This document shows, piece after piece, positions 1-9,825 of a DNA stretch of 64,000 bases (position 1 is the first letter of the stretch; every line of letters begins with the position of its first letter). The notes beneath the pieces are model-generated. The model did no database searches. It saw only the letters and a program-made list of their open reading frames with translations, and had not been told where the DNA came from. Origin of the DNA: Spirochaetia bacterium (GTDB lineage Bacteria; Spirochaetota; Spirochaetia; UBA9216); assembly GCA_963677925.2 (NCBI GenBank), contig CAXXYH010000003.1, forward strand, positions 1,632,001-1,696,000. The letters run 5' to 3'. Both the position numbers and the translations under genes were made by a program.

Positions 1-70
1 TTAATAAACAATAGCTAATGATGAAAAATTTAATAAAGTTTGATATGATAACTTACCGGAGATATCAGAA

Positions 71-373
71 ATGCCTAAAGCCGAAGTTCAGATTTATCCG
101 CCTCTTTCCTATCACTTTCAGACAGGAAAACCCGGCCCCTATACTGTAAAAACCAAGTTTAATTCAGGAGACTCAATAGCTGATATTATTACAAGTCTTT
201 ATAAAGAGACTCCGGAACTTTGGGATAAAATATTCGATCATAACAGGAAAATGATGCGGCATCCGATTAAAACCGAGTATATGGGTGAGGTGATCGGCCC
301 CTATGCACTGGACAGGACTGAGGTTTCAGATGGTGAGAAGATAATTTTCAAGGTTCTGCTCGGCGGAGGCTGA
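71..373 (+). CDS. MoaD/ThiS-family ubiquitin-like (beta-grasp) protein
   Basis: 100 aa ending ...DGEKIIFKVLLGGG, i.e. C-terminal Gly-Gly after the typical 'DG-x-x-I-x-F' strand. Confidence 0.75.
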   Translation: MPKAEVQIYPPLSYHFQTGKPGPYTVKTKFNSGDSIADIITSLYKETPELWDKIFDHNRKMMRHPIKTEYMGEVIGPYALDRTEVSDGEKIIFKVLLGGG

Positions 374-375
374 GT

Positions 376-1098
376 TCAGATTATCAAGGCATTCAGTGCC
401 GCAAGGATTTCCTTCTTTTCTCCGCCGGCGGCTGCTGCAGCTTCATCAACGTAGTCACCGACTCCTTCCTTCACATCGCCCTCATACAATACAACATTAT
501 TAAGGATTGATGCCGCCCGAACCCGGCGGATTGATGCAAGCGTAAAGAGTGCAGAGGTTTCCATGTCCGAGGCCATAACTCCCAGACTGTTCCACCTGCG
601 CATCAGCTCAGCCTCATGATCTATATAGAAGGAATCATGGCTGCGTGTAATCCCGGTATGATAAGTATAACCGGCATCGGAACAGGCTTTAACAAGAGCC
701 GATAAAAGTGAGAAGTCAGGAACAGCCGGAAACTCTTTCGGGGCGTACATCACGGAAGCCCCGTCCTCACGTACGGAACCGGTTGAAATAACAAGATCAC
801 CAAGGGCAATCCCCGGCTGACAGGCTCCGCAGCTGCCTATTCTGATGAAGGACTTTGCCCCGCAGGCTGCAAGCTCTTCAACTGCAATAACTGCCGATGC
901 CCCGCCTATACCAGTTGAAGTAACTGTCACAGGCGTCCCCCTGTAGCTTCCGGTTACAGTCCTGAACTCCCTGTTGAATGCAATCTCACGGACATTATCA
1001 AGGAACTCTGCTACCCTGAGCACACGGGCAGGATCTCCGGGCAGAAGAACTCTTTCTGCTACATCTTCTGAATTACATAGTATATGCGGCTGTTTCAT
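376..1098 (-). CDS. udp: uridine/nucleoside phosphorylase (PNP/UDP family)
   Basis: Motifs LLPGDPAR, NREF, STGIGG, IRIGSCG, DMETSA. Confidence 0.85.
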   Translation of the reverse strand: MKQPHILCNSEDVAERVLLPGDPARVLRVAEFLDNVREIAFNREFRTVTGSYRGTPVTVTSTGIGGASAVIAVEELAACGAKSFIRIGSCGACQPGIALGDLVISTGSVREDGASVMYAPKEFPAVPDFSLLSALVKACSDAGYTYHTGITRSHDSFYIDHEAELMRRWNSLGVMASDMETSALFTLASIRRVRAASILNNVVLYEGDVKEGVGDYVDEAAAAAGGEKKEILAALNALII

Positions 1099-1160
1099 GT
1101 TTCACTCCTGAGCTATATTATCATGTAATTCACAGCGGTTTTACAGATTTTATCGAAATT

Positions 1161-3830
1161 TTATTTTTCACTGCCGGGGTTAAATCGAGCGGTAAAGCTG
1201 TATTCGCCGCTGCCCGTTTCATGGCTGGAACCATCGGGGAGGATTACTGTTGCAGTTGTATTGCAGGGAATCTGGATCGACAACCTGAATTCATTACTCT
1301 CCAGTTCCCAGTCTGAACTTACTCTTCCATATTCAGTCATATAGCTTCTTTTCGCCCATGATAACGGGGAGTACTCAGGATGAGGCTGTATGATTATATG
1401 CCTGAACCCAGGTTCGCTGAAATCAATTCCGTTTATGTTTCGAAAGATCCAGTCGACGACAGAGCCGAATGCATAATGGTTGAAACTTATATTCAGAGGT
1501 TCACCGTCACTATTGAAAGCTTCCCAGCTTTCCCACATCGTTGTTGCCCCATTTTCCACAGCATATAACCATGAAGGCTTTTCGGTCTGGAAGAGCAACT
1601 GATATGCACAGTCATATTTTCCGTTTTTTGATAAGGAGTCAAGAATATACGGGGTACCGAGAAACCCCGTATCCAGACAGTTCCCGTTTTCTTCGATTAA
1701 TGCCAGAAGTCTGTCGACAAACCCGGGCTTAAGATTATCAGCAACGAGATCGAAGTAGAGAGGCAGTACATATGCACCCTGCAGAGCCCGGGCTTTCTCA
1801 GAATATCTTGAAATTACTTCGGACTCTATCGCCCCCCTCATATTTTCCTCAATTGTGCAATAATATCCGTAATCTTCTTCATTTTTTAGAATACGACAGA
1901 TTTCCTTCATCAGGGATATTGAGTACCATCCCATAACCGGTGTTGTATATTCAGCCGAGTCCCTGATCTTTTTAAAGGCATGCAAACCTGCTCCTTCTCT
2001 CGACTGGCTTGGGATGAGCCACTCCCCGTAATGAAACCCGGTATTCCAGAGATACCTGTCCTTTTCCTTATCTATCTCCCGGTTCTTCCCACGTCTTGTT
2101 TCGGCTGTATTGATGACATAATCACACCAGCGCTTCATTGAATCATACTGGCGCCTAAGGATGGGGAGGTTGCCGGTAACCTGATACATAGTCCAGGGTA
2201 CGATAACGGAGGCATCGCCCCACCCCGCAACCCCGACGTCTCCCTTGTTTCCAAACAGCAGGCCCATTACCCTGGTCATCGTCCTAAACATTGATGTAAA
2301 AGGAATAACCATCGGTACAGCCCCGTTTGAATGCTGTTCGCAGGATAGGTTATCAAGCCACCGTGTAAGGAAGGCTGTTACATCTTCATTCAATAAGGCT
2401 GTACGGCAGTAAACTTGGATGTCGCCGGTCCAGCCTGCCTTCTCCCGCTGCGGACAGTCGGTCGGAACAGAAAGCATGTTTGCCGACTGAGACCACCTTG
2501 TGTTCAGGTACAGCCTGTTTAACCGCTCATCCGAGCATGAAAAAGTTCCAAGCTGTTCATTCTCTGAACTCAGGACAACCGCAACAAAATCATCAGGATT
2601 AATCTTTTCAAGACCTGTAACCCTTACATACCTAAAACCGTGGTAAGTAAATAACGGCTCATACTCCGCGGGTTTACCCGCTGAAACAAACTCAACTTTC
2701 TGTGCCACTTTCTTACCAAGATTTGAGTAATAATTGCCCTCTTTATCCGTTATCTCCGAATGTTCAAATGTAACAGTATTCCCCTTAGGAATATCCAGCC
2801 TTACCCTCAGCCTTCCGGCTATATTTTGTCCGAAGTCGATCATCATGTCGCCTTTCGGAGACGTATAAACTGAAACAGGTTTCAGGATTTTTACTGCCTT
2901 TACCGGCCCCCCGATCTGGGCTTTTAGATTACCGAACCCGATGTCAGCCGGCACCGCCGTTTTCCAGCCCGAATCATCAAATCCGGGGGTATCCCAGCAG
3001 CAGGCTTCATAATTGGCATTATACTTTTCACCTGAAAAAAGATCGCTGAACATTACGGGCCCATGCAAGGCTTTTACCCTGCCATCGGAACATATACGGG
3101 CGGTGCTCCCGTCACGATACTCAATTTCAATCTGGAACAAAACAGCATGGGAATTCCTGTATCCCCGGAATTTCGGAGCAACCATCATATTCCCACTATA
3201 CCAGCCGTCGCCGACATGCAAGCCAACAGCATTATCTCCGATCTTTAATAGACCGGTAATATCATAGATCTGATAACACAGATACTTTTCATAGCTGGTA
3301 TGCTCCGGTGCGAATTCTCTACTGTCCGCCCTTCTGCCGTTAACCCTTAACTGATAAATTCCATGGCAGGTTGTATAAATTCTTGCTTCTGAGATCTCCC
3401 GTTCAATCCGGAAGTTTCTGCGGAACAACGTACCGCGCCCCTGCTTTCCAAAACCGAGACTACTTTTCACTTTCCGGAACGGAGATAGAACCCATTCAGC
3501 AGCCCATTCTTTCCTGTTGAGAAAGGCGGTTTCAAACGAAGATGAAGCTACTGCTTCACCTCCGTGATTATCAATGACCGTAACACTCCAGTTGTAGCGG
3601 GTTCGGCTTTTCAATGGCCTGCCCGCATATTCAATGAATGTTGATTCCCGGCTCTCAGTTTTCCCGCTTTCCCAGATAGCCTCACCTTTCGAATCTCTCA
3701 CAACCATTTCCCAGGAGGACTGCATCGTATTTTCAATATCGCTGTTCAGCATCCAGGAAAAAAATGGTTTTTCATCTATTCCAACCGGGGTATCCATATT
3801 CAGAGTTCTTAACCTGTCAAGACTTAACAT
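1161..3830 (-). CDS. alpha-L-rhamnosidase, GH78 family
   Basis: 889 aa; DFGQN, FTYHGFRYV, PTDCPQREKAGWTGD, GATTMWESW, SFNHYAFG motifs. Confidence 0.92.
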   Translation of the reverse strand: MLSLDRLRTLNMDTPVGIDEKPFFSWMLNSDIENTMQSSWEMVVRDSKGEAIWESGKTESRESTFIEYAGRPLKSRTRYNWSVTVIDNHGGEAVASSSFETAFLNRKEWAAEWVLSPFRKVKSSLGFGKQGRGTLFRRNFRIEREISEARIYTTCHGIYQLRVNGRRADSREFAPEHTSYEKYLCYQIYDITGLLKIGDNAVGLHVGDGWYSGNMMVAPKFRGYRNSHAVLFQIEIEYRDGSTARICSDGRVKALHGPVMFSDLFSGEKYNANYEACCWDTPGFDDSGWKTAVPADIGFGNLKAQIGGPVKAVKILKPVSVYTSPKGDMMIDFGQNIAGRLRVRLDIPKGNTVTFEHSEITDKEGNYYSNLGKKVAQKVEFVSAGKPAEYEPLFTYHGFRYVRVTGLEKINPDDFVAVVLSSENEQLGTFSCSDERLNRLYLNTRWSQSANMLSVPTDCPQREKAGWTGDIQVYCRTALLNEDVTAFLTRWLDNLSCEQHSNGAVPMVIPFTSMFRTMTRVMGLLFGNKGDVGVAGWGDASVIVPWTMYQVTGNLPILRRQYDSMKRWCDYVINTAETRRGKNREIDKEKDRYLWNTGFHYGEWLIPSQSREGAGLHAFKKIRDSAEYTTPVMGWYSISLMKEICRILKNEEDYGYYCTIEENMRGAIESEVISRYSEKARALQGAYVLPLYFDLVADNLKPGFVDRLLALIEENGNCLDTGFLGTPYILDSLSKNGKYDCAYQLLFQTEKPSWLYAVENGATTMWESWEAFNSDGEPLNISFNHYAFGSVVDWIFRNINGIDFSEPGFRHIIIQPHPEYSPLSWAKRSYMTEYGRVSSDWELESNEFRLSIQIPCNTTATVILPDGSSHETGSGEYSFTARFNPGSEK

Positions 3831-5191
3831 ATACCATCCGAAGCAGCGTTGTGACGTCTGATCAGCTCATCGTTTATCTGAACAAGCTTTTCGCTGGTCA
3901 GATTGTAACCGGAGGCGAATATAAGCCCTCCTGCAAAAACAATAATCGCCGGCAGAATAACACCTGCAATAACGATTCCGGTAATGGTGCTCTGATTCTG
4001 GGCGGAAGCAGATGCTGAGAAACCGGTAGCTGCAAGAATGTAACCCGGAACGGCTCCGCCGATACCCTGGGAAAATTTTGCGGTAAATGAACTCAGAGAT
4101 GCAATTACTGCCTCGGCACGGATATTCTTCGTATACTCTACATAATTAGTATTATCCGCAATCAGCGAATATGTCAGCGGCATGAAAAATCCGATACCGA
4201 ACCCGGAAATTATGGAACCGGTCATTGCAACAGGTATTGAGGTCAATGATATCAGACGTGCAAGAAATCCTATTGTAATTAGAAGGAAACTAATCGTGAA
4301 AAGTCTTTTCTTTCCAAATTTTGCTATCCACAGCTGTGAGGTTCCCATTGCAGGCAGAATTCCAACCATGGATGCGACCATAACCAGTGACATCTTACCA
4401 AGGTCATTAAAGATATAGGTAAAATAGTATGAATTTGAAGCGTTATACATCATCTGTCCTGTTCCACCGATGAATATGGCCAGAAATGTATAAAGAACGG
4501 GTTTTACACTGAAAATCTTAAAAATATCCCTGAATTTATACTTCTCCGAATTGTCTGAGGGAACAGCAATATTTTCCTTCACAAGCAGCGCTCCTGCTAC
4601 AGAGAATGAGATAACGAATACCACGATAACAAAAACCAGGGCATAATAAGCCTTTAGCTCTCCGGTCGAAACAACAATCGGCGCAATAATACTGAAAGCC
4701 ATGGCTCCGAGCATATAGAACAGCCCTTTTAATGTTGATAAGGTATTCCGTTCTTTAAGATCGTCAGTCATTACAGGCAGCAGACTGTTCAGCGATATAT
4801 CCATTACCGGAAAGGTAACCCCAATCAGCAGATATGATATATATGCGATGAACAGTTTTATACCCGGCATCCACACCGGGCCGAACCACAGAAGCAGATA
4901 ATTGAGGCCGCACAGAATAGAACCGATCATAAGGGTTTTCCTGAATTTCCCCATCCTGCCTGCCGGGGTGTGATCGATCAGATACCCTACTATCGGATCA
5001 TTCACGGCATCGATAATCCTCGCAATCAGAAATAATGTTGCAACCTGTACCGGTTTCAAACCTACAACATTTGTATAAAAAAGCATAAGAAAGGAACTGA
5101 CGAATGTGATGATGGGTATGTTACCAAGATTAGCCATTATGTAGCCGATTTTCTCGGAAAATCTCACCTTCCCTGATGTAATACTGAGCAT
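3824..5191 (-). CDS. MFS glycoside-pentoside-hexuronide (GPH):cation symporter
   Basis: ARIIDAVNDPIVGYLIDHT..GKFR signature, about 12 TM; start moved from 5203 to the ATG at 5191 that follows GGAGG. Confidence 0.88.
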   Translation of the reverse strand: MLSITSGKVRFSEKIGYIMANLGNIPIITFVSSFLMLFYTNVVGLKPVQVATLFLIARIIDAVNDPIVGYLIDHTPAGRMGKFRKTLMIGSILCGLNYLLLWFGPVWMPGIKLFIAYISYLLIGVTFPVMDISLNSLLPVMTDDLKERNTLSTLKGLFYMLGAMAFSIIAPIVVSTGELKAYYALVFVIVVFVISFSVAGALLVKENIAVPSDNSEKYKFRDIFKIFSVKPVLYTFLAIFIGGTGQMMYNASNSYYFTYIFNDLGKMSLVMVASMVGILPAMGTSQLWIAKFGKKRLFTISFLLITIGFLARLISLTSIPVAMTGSIISGFGIGFFMPLTYSLIADNTNYVEYTKNIRAEAVIASLSSFTAKFSQGIGGAVPGYILAATGFSASASAQNQSTITGIVIAGVILPAIIVFAGGLIFASGYNLTSEKLVQINDELIRRHNAASDGIC

Positions 5192-5224
5192 AAATACCTC
5201 CATAGTATTAATTGAAATTCTAAT

Positions 5225-5247
5225 TTATGGCAAGCGACTTGTCATAA
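5225..5247. promoter_or_regulatory. imperfect palindrome, candidate TetR operator
   Basis: TTATGGCAAG-CGA-CTTGTCATAA between the divergent symporter and tetR genes. Confidence 0.5.
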
Positions 5248-5305
5248 TAAGCCTTGTTTATACATATGTCAAATTAATTGTATTAATTGCATTCGGACTG
5301 GCATA

Positions 5306-5334
5306 TTGAGTATGAAAGGATTTATGTTTATAGT
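5306..5334 (+). promoter_or_regulatory. sigma70-type promoter of tetR (near-leaderless)
   Basis: TTGAGT-N17-TATAGT, 8 nt before ATG 5343. Confidence 0.5.
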
Positions 5335-5342
5335 TCAGGAAG

Positions 5343-5942
5343 ATGGAGATTCGATATTCAAAAGCAGAAAAAACCCGCACCCTGATAATAAATACAGCTA
5401 GAAAACATTTCTGCATAAAAGGTATAGAGCAGGGAAACGTACACGACATAGTGGATAAACTTGATATCTCTCAAAGGACCTTATATCGTTACTTTCCATC
5501 GAAAGACATACTTTTAAAGGAAATATATCTTGCTACAATCAGCAGATTCAACCAGATGTACAAGATCAATATTCTGCTTGAGATGGTCAACAAGCAGAAT
5601 TCTTCACAGATTTTGAAAACATACTACGATGTGATAAGGCATATTGCTAAAACAGAACCGGAACTGCTGCTTTATGATCTGTTATATAACTGCTATGCCC
5701 TTGAACGTCATGAAGATCCGCTAAATTATCCTGAAATAAGAAGTATTCATAATTATGACACTCACATTGACGCTTCAATTTATAAAAATATAACTGTTGA
5801 GTTTATCAGAGTCATATTTTCCGGTATTCAAAAAGATATTCTGCTGGAATTCCAGAAAGAAGTTCCGGATATGAATGAGCTGATTATCAGATGGGACAAA
5901 ATTGCGGCAAATATGATTAATAATCCGTTCCTCGACTCATAA
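5343..5942 (+). CDS. TetR/AcrR-family transcriptional regulator
   Basis: N-terminal HTH ...DIVDKLDISQRTLYRYFPSKDIL. Confidence 0.9.
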   Translation: MEIRYSKAEKTRTLIINTARKHFCIKGIEQGNVHDIVDKLDISQRTLYRYFPSKDILLKEIYLATISRFNQMYKINILLEMVNKQNSSQILKTYYDVIRHIAKTEPELLLYDLLYNCYALERHEDPLNYPEIRSIHNYDTHIDASIYKNITVEFIRVIFSGIQKDILLEFQKEVPDMNELIIRWDKIAANMINNPFLDS

Positions 5943-5973
5943 TCACTTAAAAAGAAAGCATTAGATAGAAATC

Positions 5974-6855
5974 TCAATGAACCGGACTGGCTGCACTATC
6001 CTTTGCCGGTGTAATTCCAAAAAGCCGTTTATACTCCCTGTTGAACTGGGAGGAACTCTCATAACCCACTCTTACAGCTGCTTCGTATACCTTCTCACCT
6101 TCCTGCTGAATCAGTTCCTTGGCCTTATGCAGCCGGATATTCTTTATATACTGAAGAGGCGAAGTGCTAGTAATATCTTTAAAGTTGCTGTGGAAGGTGG
6201 AAACACTCATTCCCGCTTCCTTTGCCAGAGTCTGAACCTCAAGAGGCTTGGGAAAATCTTCATGAATCCTGTTTATAGCTCTTGAAATCTGGTAAAGGCT
6301 CCTGTTATTGAAAGCAAGTTCCTTCAGAATCTCCCCATGCTCACCGTTAAGAACTTTGAACAGAATTTCTTTCACATAGATCTGACCGAGAATTCTAGTT
6401 TCATTCTTTGATCTGAGAGTCTTTAAAAGCCGTAAAGCAGCATCAATAATCTCATCCGACACTGCAGCCTGGTACATGCTGTTATTCAGCACCGGCTTCT
6501 TCACAGGTTCCACATCCATCTCATAAAGGATCTCTCCGATAATCTGCGGCTCAATTTCAATTACCATTCCAAGCATCGGCTCGCCCTTCTTTATAATTGC
6601 TTCACAGACAACAGGAAGAGGTACTGTCAAAACTATGTAGTTATCAGCATCATAGGTATATTTCCTATCACCAATGTAAAGGTCCTTCCGGCCCTGGGCC
6701 AGGATAATAATCTGAGGCTTATATATAAGGGGCTTCGGATCATAGGGCTCATCACGCCTGAATATTCTGACCCCCCTTATTGCGGTATCAACAGCTTTCT
6801 CTTTTGGAAGATATTCGAGAAGCAGTTTTTTCATTTCTTCGGTTGCTGTACCCAT
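5974..6855 (-). CDS. AraC-family regulator (YqhC-like N-terminal domain)
   Basis: QGRK..IGD..Y.YD N-domain; C-terminal double HTH LAKEAGMSVSTFH...SPLQY...VGYESSSQFNREYKRLFG. Confidence 0.92.
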   Translation of the reverse strand: MGTATEEMKKLLLEYLPKEKAVDTAIRGVRIFRRDEPYDPKPLIYKPQIIILAQGRKDLYIGDRKYTYDADNYIVLTVPLPVVCEAIIKKGEPMLGMVIEIEPQIIGEILYEMDVEPVKKPVLNNSMYQAAVSDEIIDAALRLLKTLRSKNETRILGQIYVKEILFKVLNGEHGEILKELAFNNRSLYQISRAINRIHEDFPKPLEVQTLAKEAGMSVSTFHSNFKDITSTSPLQYIKNIRLHKAKELIQQEGEKVYEAAVRVGYESSSQFNREYKRLFGITPAKDSAASPVH

Positions 6856-7023
6856 ATTTTCACCTCATTAACTGACTGTAATAACATATTAAGCATAAAT
6901 TAAGCTGTTTTAGAAGTAAATAGTCCTAAGTTTCGGAGGAATAGGCAATTTTTAAAGTGAAATAGACATTTTTTCAGGCTTTGATAGCGGTTACATTAGT
7001 TATACAGATAAGGAGATAATATA

Positions 7024-7437
7024 ATGAGTGAAGATTTAACTAATAGCGTCATTTTTGATTTAGGTGAAGTGAATCCTTTCGGGGATTATTTTATCGGGAA
7101 AAGCTATCTGAAACTTCTGACCCGAGACGGACTTATTACTGCAAATGTAACTTTCGAACCGGGATGCAGAAATAACTGGCATATTCACCGGGCCGATGAA
7201 AAAGGCGGACAGATTCTGCTTGTAACCGGCGGCCGCGGATGGTATCAGGAAGAGGGAAAAGAAGCACAGGAACTTCATGCAGGTGATGTTGTGAATATTC
7301 CCCAGGGAGTTAAACACTGGCATGGAGCAGCTAAAGACAGCTGGTTTGTTCATATAGCGGTTGAGGTCCCGGGTGTAAACGGTAAGACAGAATGGCTTGA
7401 AGCTGTTGATGATGAACATTACGGAAAACTGAAATAA
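7024..7437 (+). CDS. cupin domain protein
   Basis: NVTFEPGCRNNWHIH...GQIL...GVKHWHGA cupin metal motifs. Confidence 0.9.
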   Translation: MSEDLTNSVIFDLGEVNPFGDYFIGKSYLKLLTRDGLITANVTFEPGCRNNWHIHRADEKGGQILLVTGGRGWYQEEGKEAQELHAGDVVNIPQGVKHWHGAAKDSWFVHIAVEVPGVNGKTEWLEAVDDEHYGKLK

Positions 7438-7446
7438 GGAATAATT

Positions 7447-8193
7447 ATGTCTATTACAAGTAAAGCTAAAGAATACCATGAAAGAATGCTTCCGGGCATT
7501 ACTCCGGATTTAATGAAAACAGATCCGGAGTTTGTTGAACTGTTTAACAATTTTGCATTTGATGAAGTTGTAAACACTGATGATCTTGATGACAAAACCA
7601 GAATGCTTGCTATTCTGGCAACCCTTCTAGGATGCCAGGGAATTGATGAATTTAAGGTAATGCTGCCGGCTGCGCTCAATTTCGGAGTTACTCCGGTGGA
7701 AGTCAAGGAAACAGTATATCAGGCCGCAGCCTACCTCGGCATAGGACGGGTAAAGCCCTTTCTTACAGCAGTCAATGAAATCCTGTCACAGATCGGAATT
7801 GAGCTGCCTCTTCCTTCTCAGGCTACAACCGACTCTGACACAAGACTCCGCGCCGGCAGTCAGGCTCAGGTTGATATCTTCGGTGAACAGATGAAAGATT
7901 TCTGGAAATCCGGCCCTGAAGAAAGCAGACATATAAACCGCTGGCTTGCAGATAACTGTTTCGGTGATTATTACACAAGAACAGGCCTTGATCTTGCGCA
8001 GAGAGAAATGATCACCTTCTGTTTCCTCGCTGCCCAGGGCGGATGTGAACCTCAGCTTATGGGTCATGTTGCCGGCAACCTGAATGTTGGAAACGATAAA
8101 AACTTTTTAATCAAGGTTCTTTCGCAGTGTCTTCCTTTTATCGGATATCCCCGCAGCCTGAACGCTTTACGATGTATCAACGAGGTTAAATAA
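7447..8193 (+). CDS. carboxymuconolactone decarboxylase (CMD/AhpD-like) family protein, duplicated domain
   Basis: FAFDEV...LDDKTR and CFGDYYTRTGLD..QREMIT...PFIGYPRSLNA. Confidence 0.88.
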   Translation: MSITSKAKEYHERMLPGITPDLMKTDPEFVELFNNFAFDEVVNTDDLDDKTRMLAILATLLGCQGIDEFKVMLPAALNFGVTPVEVKETVYQAAAYLGIGRVKPFLTAVNEILSQIGIELPLPSQATTDSDTRLRAGSQAQVDIFGEQMKDFWKSGPEESRHINRWLADNCFGDYYTRTGLDLAQREMITFCFLAAQGGCEPQLMGHVAGNLNVGNDKNFLIKVLSQCLPFIGYPRSLNALRCINEVK

Positions 8194-9330
8194 TTGATCT
8201 ATAAAAACTTTAAAGACAAGAAACTGTCCCTTCTGGGAATGGGGGCAATGAGGCTGCCGGTAATTGACGGCAATGACGGACAGATAGATGAGCAGACAGC
8301 CGCTGACATGGTTAAATATGCATTTGAGAATGGAGTCAATTACTTTGATACAGCCTGGGGCTATCATGGCGGACAGTCAGAAACAGTAATGGGCCGAATC
8401 CTGGGAAATTATCCAAGGGAAAATTTTTATCTTGCCACAAAATTCCCGGGATATGATCTTTCCAACATGGATAAGGTGGAGGCAATCTTCGAAGAACAGC
8501 TGAAAAAATGCGGGGTTGAATATTTTGATTTCTACCTCTTTCATAATGTCTGCGAAATTAATATCGATGCCTATCTCAATGAAGAATACGGTATTCTTAA
8601 GTACCTGCTTGAGCAGAAAGAAAACGGAAGAATAAAACACCTCGGCTTTTCAGCACATGGAAGTTACGAAGTGATAAAACGTTTTCTTGAAGCCTATGGC
8701 GAACATATGGAATTCGGTCAGCTGCAGCTTAACTATGTTGACTGGTCCTTCCAGGATGCTGAAGCTAAGGTGGAGCTGCTTAAACAGTATAAAATACCTG
8801 TATGGGTAATGGAACCTTTCAGAGGCGGCAAACTTGCTTCGCTCTCAGCTGAAGATTCTCAACAACTGAAATCTCTGCGCCCGGAAGAAACAGATGCCGC
8901 ATGGGCATTCAGATTCCTGCAGAGTCTCCCGCAGGTACATATGATTCTTTCCGGGGCATCAACCTTTGAGCAGATGAAGGAAAACGTTACAACCTTCAGT
9001 GAAAGCAAACCGCTCAATGAAACAGAATTAAAAGCACTTTCATCAATAGCCTCCAACATGGTCAGTAAAATAGCAGTGCCGTGTACAGCCTGCGGCTACT
9101 GTCTCAGTCATTGTCCCCAGCAGCTGGATATACCGAAACTGCTTGGACATTATAACGAGCATTTTTTTACAGGCGGAGGCTTCATTGCGCCAATGGCTTT
9201 GATGGCCATCCCCGAAGACAAAAAACCATCCGCCTGTCTGGGCTGTGGCGATTGTGAAGCTGTATGTCCGCAGCAGATAAAAATATCTGAAATAATGGTA
9301 AAATCACAGGATATCCGCTTTGGATTTTAG
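8194..9330 (+). CDS. aldo/keto reductase with C-terminal 4Fe-4S dicluster
   Basis: GMGAMRLP, NYFDTAWGYH, LATK; CTACGYC..CP and CLGCGDCEAVCPQ; TTG start directly after the upstream TAA. Confidence 0.9.
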   Translation: MIYKNFKDKKLSLLGMGAMRLPVIDGNDGQIDEQTAADMVKYAFENGVNYFDTAWGYHGGQSETVMGRILGNYPRENFYLATKFPGYDLSNMDKVEAIFEEQLKKCGVEYFDFYLFHNVCEINIDAYLNEEYGILKYLLEQKENGRIKHLGFSAHGSYEVIKRFLEAYGEHMEFGQLQLNYVDWSFQDAEAKVELLKQYKIPVWVMEPFRGGKLASLSAEDSQQLKSLRPEETDAAWAFRFLQSLPQVHMILSGASTFEQMKENVTTFSESKPLNETELKALSSIASNMVSKIAVPCTACGYCLSHCPQQLDIPKLLGHYNEHFFTGGGFIAPMALMAIPEDKKPSACLGCGDCEAVCPQQIKISEIMVKSQDIRFGF

Positions 9331-9351
9331 CTATACTGGAAAGGAGCTGTT

Positions 9352-9825
9352 ATGAATAAAAAAGATCTGATTGTATATTACACGTGGTCGGGCAATACCG
9401 GAAAAATTGCCGGCACCATTCATCAGAAAACAGGCGGAAACCTGTTTGAAATAGAGCCGGTAAAACCTTATTCATCAAATTACAGCGACTGCACCAGGCA
9501 GGCCAGGGATGAAATAAAAAACGGCATCCTGCCGGAGCTTGAAGCCCTGCCTGAAAATATTGAAGTCTATGAACGTATATTTGTCGGAACACCGAACTGG
9601 TGGAGCACAATGGCACCGCCTTTACTGTCATTCCTGTCCAACAGCAATCTGACAGAAAAAACTATTGTCCCCTTCTGCACCCACGGCGGCGGCGGTTTGG
9701 GAAGGATATTTGATGATATAAGAAAAGCCTGCCCTGAGTCTGAGGTTAAACCGGGGCTGGTTCTTTATGGTGACGGCGGAAGCAGACTCGACACGGAAGT
9801 ATCAACATGGCTCAGCGAACTTTAA
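9352..9825 (+). CDS. flavodoxin
   Basis: YYTWSGNT, GTPNWW, PFCTHGGGG. Confidence 0.9.
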   Translation: MNKKDLIVYYTWSGNTGKIAGTIHQKTGGNLFEIEPVKPYSSNYSDCTRQARDEIKNGILPELEALPENIEVYERIFVGTPNWWSTMAPPLLSFLSNSNLTEKTIVPFCTHGGGGLGRIFDDIRKACPESEVKPGLVLYGDGGSRLDTEVSTWLSEL

